64,000 nucleotides of DNA from NCBI RefSeq assembly GCF_964213995.1, contig NW_027590151.1:620001-684000 (forward strand). The letters run 5' to 3'. The translations under genes were made by a program, and so were the position numbers. The notes beneath the pieces are model-generated. The model did not search any database and was not told the DNA's origin. It was given only the letters and a program-made list of their open reading frames with translations. Of this stretch, positions 11,926 through 23,720 are shown piece after piece (the stretch's first letter is position 1; every line of letters begins with the position of its first letter). This DNA is from Mustelus asterias. Lineage: Eukaryota.

Positions 11926-13089
11926 GGGATTGGAGCCAATGTTTCGAAATCACCTTGTCGGAGGTTCAGAGCTCTGACGGTGGGCCATCAGGACTCGAAA
12001 CCTTGTCCCTATTCTCTTTCATCTGATGCTATAAGAACTGTTGAGACTATCCAGCGTTTTCTGTTTTTGTTTCAGATTCTAGCATCAGCAATAATTTGTG
12101 TTAATAAGCAAAGGAGAGCGATAGGCTGCTAAGCACGGAGATGGTGTTCCAAAGCATATTTGGGTGGTAATGGGTCGGACTTTATCTTTTACACTGACAC
12201 AAATATCGCCCAGATCTCGGTCCAAATCTCAGGATAAGTGATAATCTTCGCACTGAATTTACTCAGTCCCATGAGGTCATAAGAGCTGAACACAAGTGAA
12301 GAAGGTGGATATAGCTGCAATTGTTTGTAGGATGATAGAATTGCCGTGAAGGCAGCAGCAGTGGGGATGAAAAGGAAACAATTATATAAAGTTACAGCAC
12401 AGGAAGAGGTTATTCATCCTGGTGCACTGCTTTGAAACAACAGTTGTGATTAGTTGATCAGGAATAAGAAAGAGACAATTTTTTTCATCCGAAATTGTAT
12501 TTTCACAATTTGTCACCTGTCATTGAGCCTGGGCTCTGGCGATGAAAACGGTGACTCTGAACCATGAGACCATCCGGCCTCCAGCATCGCCTGCTCAATG
12601 TTGCCTTGTCTATCATTCCTTGTGTCAGTTAACCTTTCTTGCCGTGCTCTCTACCACAGACCTTCACTTACCGAGTGACTGCTGACTTTGCAATCAAAAA
12701 ATTCTGGAAATACTCAGCATATCTGTTGACATTTCGCAAAAACACAAATTATGAAACGTTTCCCTGACTCTGTACTGAAAAGCATTTGGAAATATTGCTG
12801 TCCGGTTTCGAATTGTCGGAAAGAATGTAATAATTGAATGGCGTGTTTGTTGTATGTTACCAATGGCTGAACATACTGGTGTTGAAGCAGATGATGTCAT
12901 TTTTCAGGAGAAACCTTTTGGGGTGAATGTGCTTTTAGTGAGGTTAAAAATAACAAAAGGAGCGTGGATGAAGCCAATTGTAAAACATGCTGTAACCTGC
13001 TGGTCTGGTGGATAGTGTTTGACACTTTCACTGCTGTTTTGATTACAGTTCAGGATATGAAGATTTTTTGCTCGTGTCCAAACCGTGAA

Positions 13090-13149
13090 ACAAATTTCAG
13101 TTATTTCCCTGCAGAGTACACAAATTTCAGTTATTTCCCTGCAGAGTAC
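13090..13149 (+). repeat. Exact 30-bp tandem duplication
   Basis: ACAAATTTCAGTTATTTCCCTGCAGAGTAC occurs twice. Confidence 0.95.
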
Positions 13150-13467
13150 AGAAATCCTGGTCTCGCCTCATGTCCTGCCCTTATTGAAGTGAAGACCCTG
13201 ACCAAATTCAACAGGAAGTTTTATTGTCATTTCTGGCGGGAGATTAGGAACCAGACGAGGTTAAGGACAGTTTAAATCTTACCGGTCCTTCACTGAAGCT
13301 CATTGAGTTTCTGATTGGAGAACATTTCTCTTTGTTGCATAGTTAACTTCTCTGATTAATTGACGGAACGGACCCGAAGTACCCAATGGCCACACCAAAT
13401 TCTTTGCCTCTGAGCTATTTAAGTAGCAATACCGATAAAATACCTGATTATAATTTGCACTTCTGGT

Positions 13468-13549
13468 GGTTGCGGGGCCGAGTGGTCTAAGCTGTGGGAT
13501 TTAGGTTCCAGTCTCTGGGGAGGCGTGAGCTCCAATCCAAACGCTGCTA
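13468..13549 (+). tRNA. tRNA-Leu(TAG) pseudogene
   Basis: 82 nt colinear with vertebrate tRNA-Leu: GGCCGAGTGGTCTAAG, GATTTAGG, long variable arm. The T-loop is mutated (GCTCCAATCC) and there are stem mismatches. A TTTT run lies at 13557-13560. Confidence 0.8.
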
Positions 13550-14029
13550 CTGGTGGTTTTAATTCTGGACACGGCGCTGGAGATTTTCAGCTGTGAAAAG
13601 GGACGGAATACCTCGGGGCTGATTTCGCCTGAGCAGAGAATGCTGAGAGCCGACATGATTGAGTGTTCAAGATTTTGAGGGACATGGATTGGCAGATAGG
13701 AGTAGTCGTTTCCCCATAGTAGAAGGATGAACAACCAGGCGGCAGAGATTTAAGGTATGAAGAAAGATATTAAGAGAGGGTCAGAGAGTGATGGCAATCT
13801 GGAAACCACTGCCTGAAAAGTTGTTAGAGGCGGGAACACCAACATTAAGAACACGGAAGAACGATTTAGAAAAGCACTTTAAGTGCCTTGATATCACAGG
13901 CAGTCACATTCGCCACACCTCTGGAGCACATCTCTTTTGTCCATGTGTGAACAAAGGCTGACGGGAGAAGATTTCTATTTGTTGCATCGTTCAGACATCT
14001 CTGATTAACTGTTAGCTGGTTACTGCGAA

Positions 14030-14265
14030 GTCAATGTTTATTGAAACCATGTCTGTTGACCCCTTCTGTCACATTCGTGATGACCGAGAGCAAACTGGTG
14101 GTAATTGGTTTGGCTTGATTTGCCGGTTGCCAGGTGGAAGCCAGTGATGCAGTTGTACTGAAACTGCTTGGCTCGGAGCGCGGCAAGTTCTAAAGCGCAA
14201 CGTTTCAGTAAAAGTGCTGAAAGATTGCCAGTACCGGGAGCCTTCGTTGTTTCCAATGTCTCCAC
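14030..14265 (-). mobile_element. Non-LTR retrotransposon RT fragment
   Basis: KAPGTGNLSALLLKRCALELAA resembles the KAxGPDxI...LKxCAxELA motif at the start of LINE RT domains. Confidence 0.6.
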
Positions 14266-14610
14266 GGACATCTTTGTCTTGTAATCAATGCTGTCAGTGT
14301 GAGTGATTGTGGAATAGTGGGCGGCGCGGTTGCTTCACAGCGCCAGGGACCTGGCTTCAATTCCAGCCTTCAGTCATTGTGCGGCATTTGCACATTGTCC
14401 CCGTGTGCGTGTGAGTTTCCGCCGGGTGTCCAGTTTCCTCCCACAGTGTCCAGGTGTGCATGTTCGGTGGATTGCCACGTATTTGCTGTAATTGCTTATA
14501 AGATGATAGAATAACCGTGTGACTATCTGGCAAAGTTTAGACAATGACCTGAAATGCGGCCATGGGAAAAGCGATGATTATGGTCTAATTGCAAATCTCT
14601 CTTATGAGCT

Positions 14611-14672
14611 CTTCTGGAGGTCTAGTGGTCAGGATTCGGCCCCGTGCCCGGGATTGATTCCCACTCACGGGG
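14611..14672 (+). tRNA. tRNA-Glu-derived pseudogene lacking the anticodon loop
   Basis: CTGGAGGTCTAGTGGTCAGGATTCGGC...GCCCGGGATTGATTCCC matches tRNA-Glu with about 10 nt deleted at the anticodon. Confidence 0.65.
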
Positions 14673-15009
14673 TGAACATTTTGTTTGTTTAATTCTTCAT
14701 TAAATGAAATTAGGCCTCACATCATCTGTGAAGGGAGAAACAAGGTTAATCTTCAAGCTGGATGAATTTTATCAGAGGTGGAAAAGTCAGAGATGTAACA
14801 ACAAATATAAACTCAGAAAAAGAATATTTAACGGCAGGCACACGGCAAACATTGATCGTTTGAAGTAACTGGCACATGTCAAATTCGGTCCCTTACAAGC
14901 CACATATTTTAACTCCCTGCTCTCCCGCTCAGACATATCTATTTCCATCTGAAAATGTAGTCTGTTCCAGGATTATTATACATTTATTGCAACGCAATTG
15001 CTAAAGATT

Positions 15010-15032
15010 GGCTCCATAGCTCAGTGGTTAGA
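15010..15032 (+). tRNA. 5' fragment of tRNA-Thr(TGT)
   Basis: GGCTCCATAGCTCAGTGGTTAGA matches the first 23 nt of vertebrate tRNA-Thr(TGT); the rest is absent. Confidence 0.55.
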
Positions 15033-15059
15033 CTCAGTTAGACTTACACTCAGTCTGTC

Positions 15060-16085
15060 TACAAGGATGGTCTCTTTCCGAATGTTCATAATTAAAAGGC
15101 AGCTTTCCCCAGGAGATGGCTGACATTTAAGGGGACAGTAAATGAATATAGGACAGAGATATGTCTCGTGTTATTATATGGTACACAGATTAGTTACATT
15201 ATTTATGTTTCTGTAATAAAATATATTTATTATTATTTCTTGCATTGTAATATAATGCAGCAGCGATGTTATACATTTCCAGTCATAAAGTTGTTACAGC
15301 ACAGAAGGAATCCATTCGGTAACTCGAGTCCATGCCCACTCTCTGTATAACATTCCAGTCCCATTCCCACTCTATATCCCATTCTCCTGAAAGTTTATTT
15401 CCATCAAGTGCCCATCCACTTTCATTTTTAAATAGAATCCATAGATATGGATGGAGATTTACAACTTTTTGGGAATGAAATAGGAAAGAATGTTCCAGAG
15501 AAACTAGAATTGTCTGCTCTGAATTTCTATCCTATACTGACTGTGATGACTTTTGCAAACTCATTTCACAGGATTTTGAACGAGGAATCACAGGCAAAAA
15601 TCTCAACCGTCACGTCTAGACAGAGTCATATTCCTTGGGATCTGAATATCTTGTAATATGGAACTGTAGCTACGTTATATATTTCCAGACATCTCTTTCC
15701 TCAGAGGGTTGTGAGTCTTTTGGATTTCTCTTCCAAAGGGACCAGTGGAGGCTGAGGATCATTGAATATATTCCAGTTAGACAGATCTTTGACTGACAAG
15801 GGTGTCAAGGATTATGGGGAACAGACAAGGATGTGGTAAAGCTTTGGAATTCTCAACCCCTGAGGACAGTGAAACCTCAGTCATCAACTATTTTCAAGAG
15901 GGCGATTGATTGGTTTCTAGATATTGAGGATATCAAGGGATATGGGTTCAGTGTGGGGAGAATAATGCTGAGGTAGATGAACGAATTATCTCCCTGAATA
16001 GTTTAAAAGGCTCGATGGGCCAAATGGCCGACTGCAGCTCCTATTTGTTATGGTCTCTGTGTCCAGGACAGGAAGCAGTGAGCAA
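15060..16085 (+). pseudogene. Relic of a C2H2-ZNF gene 5' region, with no finger array
   Basis: Paralogous to about 59620-59980 and 60480-60950. It contains the ZNF acceptor module (cacAG/GATTTTGAA at 15571) and a truncated copy of the conserved GACAGGAAGCAGTGAGCA exon. Confidence 0.75.
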
Positions 16086-16269
16086 TAGATAACGCAAAAC
16101 TGTTTCAATCAGTAGAATATTCGCTAATCCAAATACGCCAGTCTAAGAGAAGGAAAGGCATTGAATGATCGTGTTCACTTGTTGCACTGCCAGTTGTTCA
16201 AAGCTGGAAACACACTGCCTAAAATGGTGGCAGAATATTAAACATAAATATTTAGAAGGAAATTGTATG

Positions 16270-18820
16270 TAACAGACCACCCAACAGCTCACGGGAAGTG
16301 GAGGAAAGGATATGTCAGGAGATTCTGGATAGGTGCAGAAAACATAGGGCTGTTGTAGTGGGGGACTTTAATTTCCCTGGCACAGACTGGAAAGTGCTTA
16401 GAGCTGGGGGACCGGACGGGGAGGAATTTGTAAAATGCGTACTGGAAGGTTCTTTGGAACAGTATGTAGATAGCCCGACTAGAGAGGGGGCTATACTGGA
16501 CCTAGTTCTGGGAAATGAGCCCGGTCAGGTCGTCAAAGTTTCGGTAGGGGAACATGTGGCAAATAGTGACCACAACTCTATTAACTTTAGGATAGTAATG
16601 GACAAGGATGAGTGCTGTCCTACGGGCAGGGTGCTAAATTGGGGGAAGGCTGACTATAGCCGGATTAGGCAGGAATTGGTGGATGTTGATTGGGAGAGGA
16701 TGTTCGAGGGTAAGTCCGCGTCTGGCATGTGGGAGTCTTTTAAGGAACTATTGATAAGGCTGCAGGATAGGCATGTGCCTGTAAAAAGGAAAGATAGGAA
16801 AGGTAGGATTCGAGAGCCGTGGATAACCAGGGAAATTGAGGATCTGATTAAAATGAAAAGGGCGGCGGACGTCAAGTCCAGGCAACTGAAAACAGATGGA
16901 GCTCTGGAGGAATACAGAGAGAGTAGGAAAGATCTCAAACGGGGAGTTAGAAGGGCAAAAAGAGGTCACGAGATGTTCTTGGCAGGCAGGATTAAGGAGA
17001 ATCCTAAGGCATTCTATTCATACGTTAGGAACAAAAGAGTTGTCAGGGAGAAAATCGGACCTCTCAGGGACAAAGGAGGGGAATTATGTTTAGAACCCAA
17101 GGGAATAGGGGAGATCCTAAATGAATACTTTGCATCGGTATTCACGAAGGAGAGGGGCGTGTTAACCGGGAGTGTCTCGGAGGGAGGTGTTGACCCGTTA
17201 GAGAAAATCTCCATTACAAGAGAGGAAGTGTTAGGTTTTTTAGGGAACATTAAAACTGACAAAGCCCCAGGGCCTGATGGCACCTATCCTCGACTGCTCA
17301 GGGAGACGAGAGGTGAAATTGCTGGGCCTCTGACGGAAATCTTTGTCACTTCTTTGGACACGGGTGAGGTCCCTGAGGATTGGAGGATAGTGAATGTGGT
17401 CCCGTTGTTTAAGAAGGGTAGCAGGGATAACCCAGGAAATTATAGGCCGGTGAGCTTGACATCCGTGGTAGGAAAGTTGTTGGAGAGGATTCTTAGAGAC
17501 AGGATGTATGTGCATTTAGAACGGAACAATCTCATTAGTGACAGACAGCATGGTTTTGTAAGAGGGAGGTCGTGCCTTACAAATTTGGTGGAGTTTTTTG
17601 AGGAAGTGACAAAAACGGTTGATGAAGGAAGGGCCGTGGATGTCGTCTATATGGATTTCAGTAAGGCATTTGACAAAGTCCCACATGGCAGGTTGGTTAA
17701 GAAGGTTAAGGCTCATGGGGTACAAGGAGAAGTGGCTAGATGGGTGGAGAACTGGCTTGGCCATAGGAGACAGAGGGTAGTGGTTGAAGGGTCTTTTTCC
17801 GGCTGGAGGTCTGTGACCAGTGGTGTTCCGCAGGGCTCTGTACTGGGACCTCTGCTATTTGTGATATATATAAATGATTTGGAAGAAGGTGTAACTGGTG
17901 TAATCAGCAAGTTTGCGGATGACACGAAGATGGCTGGAATTGCGGATAGCGAAGAGCATTGTCGGGCAATACAGCAGGATATAGATAGGCTGGAAAATTG
18001 GGCGGAGAGGTGGCAGATGGAATTTAATCCGGATAAATGCGAAGTGATGCATTTTGGAAGAAATAATGTAGGGAGGAGTTATACAATAAATGGCAGAGTC
18101 ATCAGGAGTATAGAAACACAGAGGGACCTAGGTGTGCAAGTCCACAAATCCTTGAACGTGGCAACACAGGTGGAGAAGGTGGTGAAGAAGGCATATGGTA
18201 TGCTTGCCTCTATAGGACGGGGTATAGAGTATAAAAGCTGGAGTCTGATGATGCAGCTGTATAGAACGCTGGTTAGGCCACATTTGGAGTACTGCGTCCA
18301 GTTCTGGTCGCCGCACTACCAGAAGGACGTGGAGGCATTGGAGAGAGTGCAGAGAAGGTTTACCAGGATGTTGCCTGGTATGGAGGGTCTTAGCTATGAG
18401 GAGAGATTGGGTAGACTGGGGTTGTTCTCCTTGGAAAGACGGAGAATGAGGGGAGATTTAATAGAGGTATACAAGATTATGAAGGGTATAGATAGGGTGA
18501 ACAGTGGGAAGCTTTTTCCCAGGTCGGAGGTGACGATCACGAGGGGTCACGGGCTCAAGCTGAGAGGGGCGAAGTATAACTCAGACATCAGACGGACGTT
18601 TTTTACACAGAGGGTGGTGGGGGCCTGGAATGCGCTGCCAAGTAGGGTGGTGGAGGCAGGCACGCTGACATCGTTTAAGACTTACCTGGATAGTCACATG
18701 AGCAGCCTGGGAATGGAGGGATACAAACGATTGGTCTAGTTGGACCAAGGAGCGGCACAGGTTTGGAGGGCCGAAGGGCCTGTTTCCTGTGCTGTACTGT
18801 TCTTTGTTCTTTGTTCTTTG
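16270..18820 (+). mobile_element. Young 5'-truncated CR1 LINE with an uninterrupted ORF2 remnant (16298-18739, 813 aa; partial APE plus RT)
   Basis: APE motifs GDFN and SDHN; RT motifs YMDFSKAFD, GVPQGS and FADD; (TTCTTTG)n tail. Confidence 0.95.
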
Positions 18821-19247
18821 AACAAAGAATCCTGTCACTTGCAGGGATGAATGATGATTTGGAGAACTCTTCCAAAGAGACATAGATAGGACGAATGGCC
18901 TCATTCGCTGCTCAAAAATTCTATGATTCTCGTTGCTTCATGTCCCAGTCGCTCTATTTATTGTTAGAGACTTGAACAGTGAGCAGGTGCAGAATGGTCA
19001 GAGACTTCTGTAGATTTAACCATCGCTATTTCCGCTCCATTCGCTCCGAGTGCAGCTGAGAGTCATCGCACACTTCACTCCGTATCCGCGCCCGTTTGCT
19101 GCTCTCACTCTGACCCGATTGTGTGATTGGGCAGATTGCTGCACTCCTCTCATTGGTTGGATGAGCAATGTAGTGGGACGGGCAACTGTATTTCTGTCTC
19201 TGACAGAGGATTTCTTTCACTGCAGAGTTACAGACTCAGGAAGGATC

Positions 19248-19993
19248 ATGGTGAACTATCTCATTCCGATCCTCATCATTATCCCACTGCTCAGTAAGTA
19301 GCTCTTGGCGCAAAGGGGATCAAAGGATATGGGGCAAATGGGATCCGGTTATTGAATTGTATGATCAAACATTGATCAAAATGAATGGCTGGGCAGGATC
19401 CAAGGGCTGAATGGACTACTCCTGCTCCTATCTTCGACGTGTTTATGTATTTCCTTTCCGCAAAACCAAATGTTATTGCTGACAAATAATAATGATCGTT
19501 CTGATGACGATTTTGTTGAGGAATATTCGGCTCGTACTGATTAGAACCATAGAAAATTACAGCTCAGAAACAGGCCTTTTGGTCCTTCTTGTCTGTGCCG
19601 AACCATTTTATGCCTAGTCCCACTGGGACTAGGCATAAAATTACTTTTATTTAAACATTACTTTTATGTTTGCCCTTATTTTATGTTAGAATGGTGTCAC
19701 CAAGACACGGTGCAGCAGTCGGATGCCAAAATAACAACTGAAGAGGAAAGTAATGTCACAGTTACCTGCAACATGAAGACGAGCACTTCTAACCCTTATG
19801 TGTACTGGTTATAGTCAGAGCCCCGGGCAGCCTCCACACGACATGCTTCGTATTATGGGAGGGAAACTGTACAAACACACCGACATCAGCGACCGCTTCC
19901 AGCTTCATTAAATAAAACTGTCAAGATTACCGAGTTAATGATCGGCAACACGCTGATGACTGACCGTGAGGTATATTTATGTGACTTAAACCC
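19248..19993 (+). pseudogene. TCR alpha/delta V pseudogene (V3), paralog of V2; leader 19248-19293, V exon 19690-19993
   Basis: Leader MVNYLIPILIIIPLL ends A/GTAAGT. The V exon reads WCHQDTVQQSDAKITTEEESNVTVTC...PYVYW, then has two frameshifts and ends DREVYLCDLNP. Confidence 0.88.
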
Positions 19994-20025
19994 CACACTG
20001 CGATAGCGGATCTGATACAAAAGCC
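19994..20025 (+). other. Defective RSS of V3 (CACACTG, 16-nt spacer, ACAAAAGCC)
   Basis: The spacer at 20001-20016 is neither 12 nor 23 nt. Confidence 0.8.
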
Positions 20026-20686
20026 CCAGAGTAAGTGTTCCAGTTAGTGCTCAGCAGAGGGCGCTCTCACGCCGTGAGACGGTGACAATAAAGGCAAAGT
20101 CGCCATAGCCGCAGAGGCTGGAGGCGATTTAACCTGAGGATCGCACATCGCCTCAGGAGAGCGGTCGAGGTTGAGATGGCGGCAGCTTCATGAATGACCT
20201 CACCGGGTACAGATATTGATGCTTTGCATCACTAACCAGATATCCAGCAACTGAGCTGAACGACAATATTCTCATTGCTTGTTGTACCTGTAAGAGAACA
20301 TTTGTGATTCACGCACGAGGACAGGCAAATCCCTTTGAATCTCAGACTTCTGCAATCTCGCACCTTTTATTTAATACGCTTCTTTCCTGCCAAAATGCAT
20401 CACATCACATTCGCTATTTTTGACTTTCTTCTTTGCATTGCTTCCGGATTTTTTGAGCTCTTTACGTATTCTTACTGCACTTTTTCGCTTTGTCTTTCTT
20501 TCATTCGGATTTGCATGTAACCTCTTCCATTTTCTTTGAATACATTCCCAACTCTCTTCATTTTAAGCTTTTTAAAATTTTCTGATTCAAGAAATGTTTT
20601 GCTCTCACCCCCCTTACCATTGGAATTTAATACCGCGCTTGTTGAAACACTGATATTTCTGCGGAGCGGTTTTTGAAAACGGTGCA

Positions 20687-20725
20687 GGTTTTGGTACGGG
20701 ACCTCCCTGTGTTTATTACAGTGTG
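20687..20725 (-). other. 23-RSS of V4 (CACACTG, 23-nt spacer, ACCAAAACC)
   Basis: Heptamer at 20725-20719, nonamer at 20695-20687. Confidence 0.88.
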
Positions 20726-21175
20726 CCTCATGGTGCAGAAATAGGTGGCAGTGTCTGAAACCTGTACGTCTCTCACAGTCAGGATGCTGAGTTTGTTGCC
20801 TTCTCCGATCGAAGCAGTGATCCTCCCGTGTTGATCGGTTCCGCTTGTGGCCATCACCAGATGCTGGGGCGACTGATTCGGGAGCTGTTTATACCAACGC
20901 ACGATGTCAAACGTAATGGAAATAGTGCAGTTCATGGATATATTTCTCGCTTCACTGATAACCATCCGTGGAGGGAGCTGCAGCAACTCAGCTTCTCCGG
21001 TCACCCCCGTGCAGATCAGAGTGAAAAACAACAAAACGTCGATGCAAATCCTGACCACTCTCAGTTCACACACAACACCGAGATCAGCTTTGAACCAGGA
21101 GATGAAAATTAACCCGGAACCAAGTATTTTCTTCGGGTTCAGTTCAGTGCCGTGTTTATGTTGAACTGACAACAT
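20726..21175 (-). pseudogene. TCR alpha/delta V (V4): intact V exon (21006-20726) with decayed leader and splice sites, in one continuous ORF from ATG 21175
   Basis: ISMNC...VRWYKQLPNQSPQHLV...DTATYFCTMR. The acceptor position reads GG (21008-21007) instead of AG, and the leader-like KKILGSGLIFISW has no ATG. Confidence 0.8.
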
Positions 21176-21698
21176 TAGGCGGGTTCTACTTTAGCCACTC
21201 ATACTGAGCGTTTCACACTGACACAGGCCCACACAGCCTCTGAGTACACACCTGACACGCTCAGATTAAATATTTCTCACGGGACACACTGCTCTCTACT
21301 GGTGAATACTGGTAATTCCAGGGTGCAATCCTTCACTTGGATCTTCGACAAGTTGCAGTTCACAAGATAGTTATGAATGAGAACAGCTGTTTCCTCCTTC
21401 TTGTTATAGCTCTTTTATTGCGGGAGAGCTTACAACTTTCCTTCTGTTCTACGATCCAACGATTGTAGTGCATTTTGCTCTCTCGTTCTTTCTGAAGTTT
21501 CATTCCACACTGTGACCAGTCCCGGTCTGACAAGAAGAAGGTCCTGATGTTAGTCCTAAAATATCGTTCGATAATTTGGGAACTTGTGCAATGGGAACTG
21601 GTCTAGCCATCGAATGTATGTTACATAACTACAGGAGTGGCAACATTGACAATTCATAAGAATATTTCAAAAAATAATAAGTTTGTTATCAGTGTTAA

Positions 21699-22592
21699 CA
21701 CTATGTTTCTGGATTTGTTCCTTCAATCAAAATTTCTTCAATAAAAACACGCGCTCCGATAATGAACTTAATGCAGTGCCTTTCTGCCCTCTCCTGGTGG
21801 AAAAAAGCACTCCAATATACAACTTGAAAACAACCTGTTTCATTTTTGGAATCAAGATTGATTCCAACAACTGCTGATCATACATTCTCCTCAGTATGAA
21901 GTATATTTTCAATTTCTCTTCTTTTTGATTGCGCCTGGTGGTATTAAATCCGATTTTCATTGTTGCAACTCATTGATCATCCGATGTTCCAACAATCCTT
22001 TTAGAGCGGATCATTGTGTCACTCCACCTCTATCTTCAGGAGTTCAGGTAGAAGTAGAATGGATGACATAAAATCTATTTCTAATACAAGATGGGGGTTG
22101 GGGGGAATAGTGGAAACTGGATCTAACATCATGAAACATAGCCAGTGTTAATTCTGACAAAATACCCGATTGATGGTGATGATCAAGCAGTTTGCCAAAA
22201 CCGATTTCTGCGCAACCCGACATTTTAAAAAAATCATTATGTTAACCAACTTTAGGCTGCAACTAAGCAAAGCTGCCGTTTAGTCCTGCGTCCAAATCTC
22301 AGTGTTGGAGACCAGTTGAACACTGGTGCAGGTACTTTCTCAGATGTGAATACCACCAGGCGCAATCAAAAAGAAGAGAAATTAAAAATATACTTCATAC
22401 TGAGGAGAATGATCAGCAGTTGTTGGAATCAATCTTGCTTCCAGAAATGAAACAGGTTGTTTTAAAGTTGCATATTGTAGTCCTTTTTTGCCACCAGGAG
22501 AGGACAGAAGGACATTGCATTAAGTTCATTATCGGAGCGCGTGTCTTTACTGAAGAAAATTTGATTGAAGGAACAAATGCAGAAACATAGTT
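21699..22592. repeat. Inverted repeat with arms of about 250 bp (21699-21950 and 22341-22592) and a spacer of about 390 bp
   Basis: The arms are near reverse complements, e.g. TTGATTGCGCCTGGTGGTATT versus AATACCACCAGGCGCAATCAA. Confidence 0.9.
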
Positions 22593-23720
22593 TGGACGAA
22601 CCACCCCTTTACCGTGAACACAATTTTTTTTGTATAAGTATGCTGCGAATATTGCAAGTGATCGAGATCCTAAGGTCAGGGTCTACATGCGGAGTCCACC
22701 CACTCTCATTCTGCGTAAATCTATTAAATAGCCAATTCTAGCCCTCCATTCATCCCATTTAAAAGATGCTGTTTGGCTATTTACCACATTGTTGTATTCA
22801 ATTCTCTCAGGACTCAGTGGCCTCTTGCATCAGCTATGGTGAGCTTTCACAGTTCGAGATCAGCTCTTTTAATTTGGGCTCCAGCTATGATTCAGGAACA
22901 ACATTAACTAATTTAAAATAAAAGCAAATTACTGCGGATGCTGAAACCAAAAGAAAAATGCTGGAATATCTCTGCTGCTTTGGCAGCACCTATAAGGAGA
23001 GAAAAGAGCTGACGTTTCGAGTCCGGATGACCCTTTGTCAAAGCTAAAATGCATAGAAAGTGGGAGATATTTATACTGTAGGGTGAGGGAATGAAATATG
23101 AGTCATAGCCACAAAAACAAAGGGAAAGGCTGCTAATTGCAGTCCATAGAGGAAATAGTAGGTGTGAATGGCCAGACGGCAGAGAAGCTGAAATCAGAGG
23201 GTAAGCTGTGACAGATGAAGATAAGGGGGGAGGAGGGATATTGGTGGGAGAGAGGTAAAATTGGTGGGAGAGAGGTGAAAACGGGGAGAAAGGGAAGCAA
23301 AGGAGGAGAAAAGATAAGGAAAGGGGAAAGAGTAGGAGGCGGATAAGAAAGACAATACAGGAATAAAAGGAAGAGAACAGTTAAAAAATTAATAAAATTA
23401 ACCGACTTCCTGTTCTCACTCCGCCTTACAGGTTGAAGCGATTAAATGGACAAGTTTGGGTCTCATCCCTTTCCAGGTCCCCGAGGGGGGAACAAACTCC
23501 TTAGTTTGTTTCTCCCCACGCTGAGAGCCAAGGGAGCCGTGCGCTGATTGGGTCATTTGAAGACAATGGAATTCTAAGGTTGGATGTCAATGAATGACGT
23601 TGTCAGGAATGAACCAATCAACAACGGCCCGGATGTAACTCAACTTCTCACCAGCTCTTGACAATTAAAATGTTAACTTCAACCCTCTCGGCTCACATCC
23701 CCCTCGACCTCTCTGCAAAC

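Noticed and set aside
12515-12590. tRNA-Glu-like sequence on the minus strand
   Set aside because: Only a loose A-box and TTTTCA loop resemblance; the acceptor and T stems cannot be formed.
23040-23400. Purine-rich tract with a short 20-bp duplication
   Set aside because: Low-complexity sequence attached to a Penelope-type repeat, with no independent function evident.
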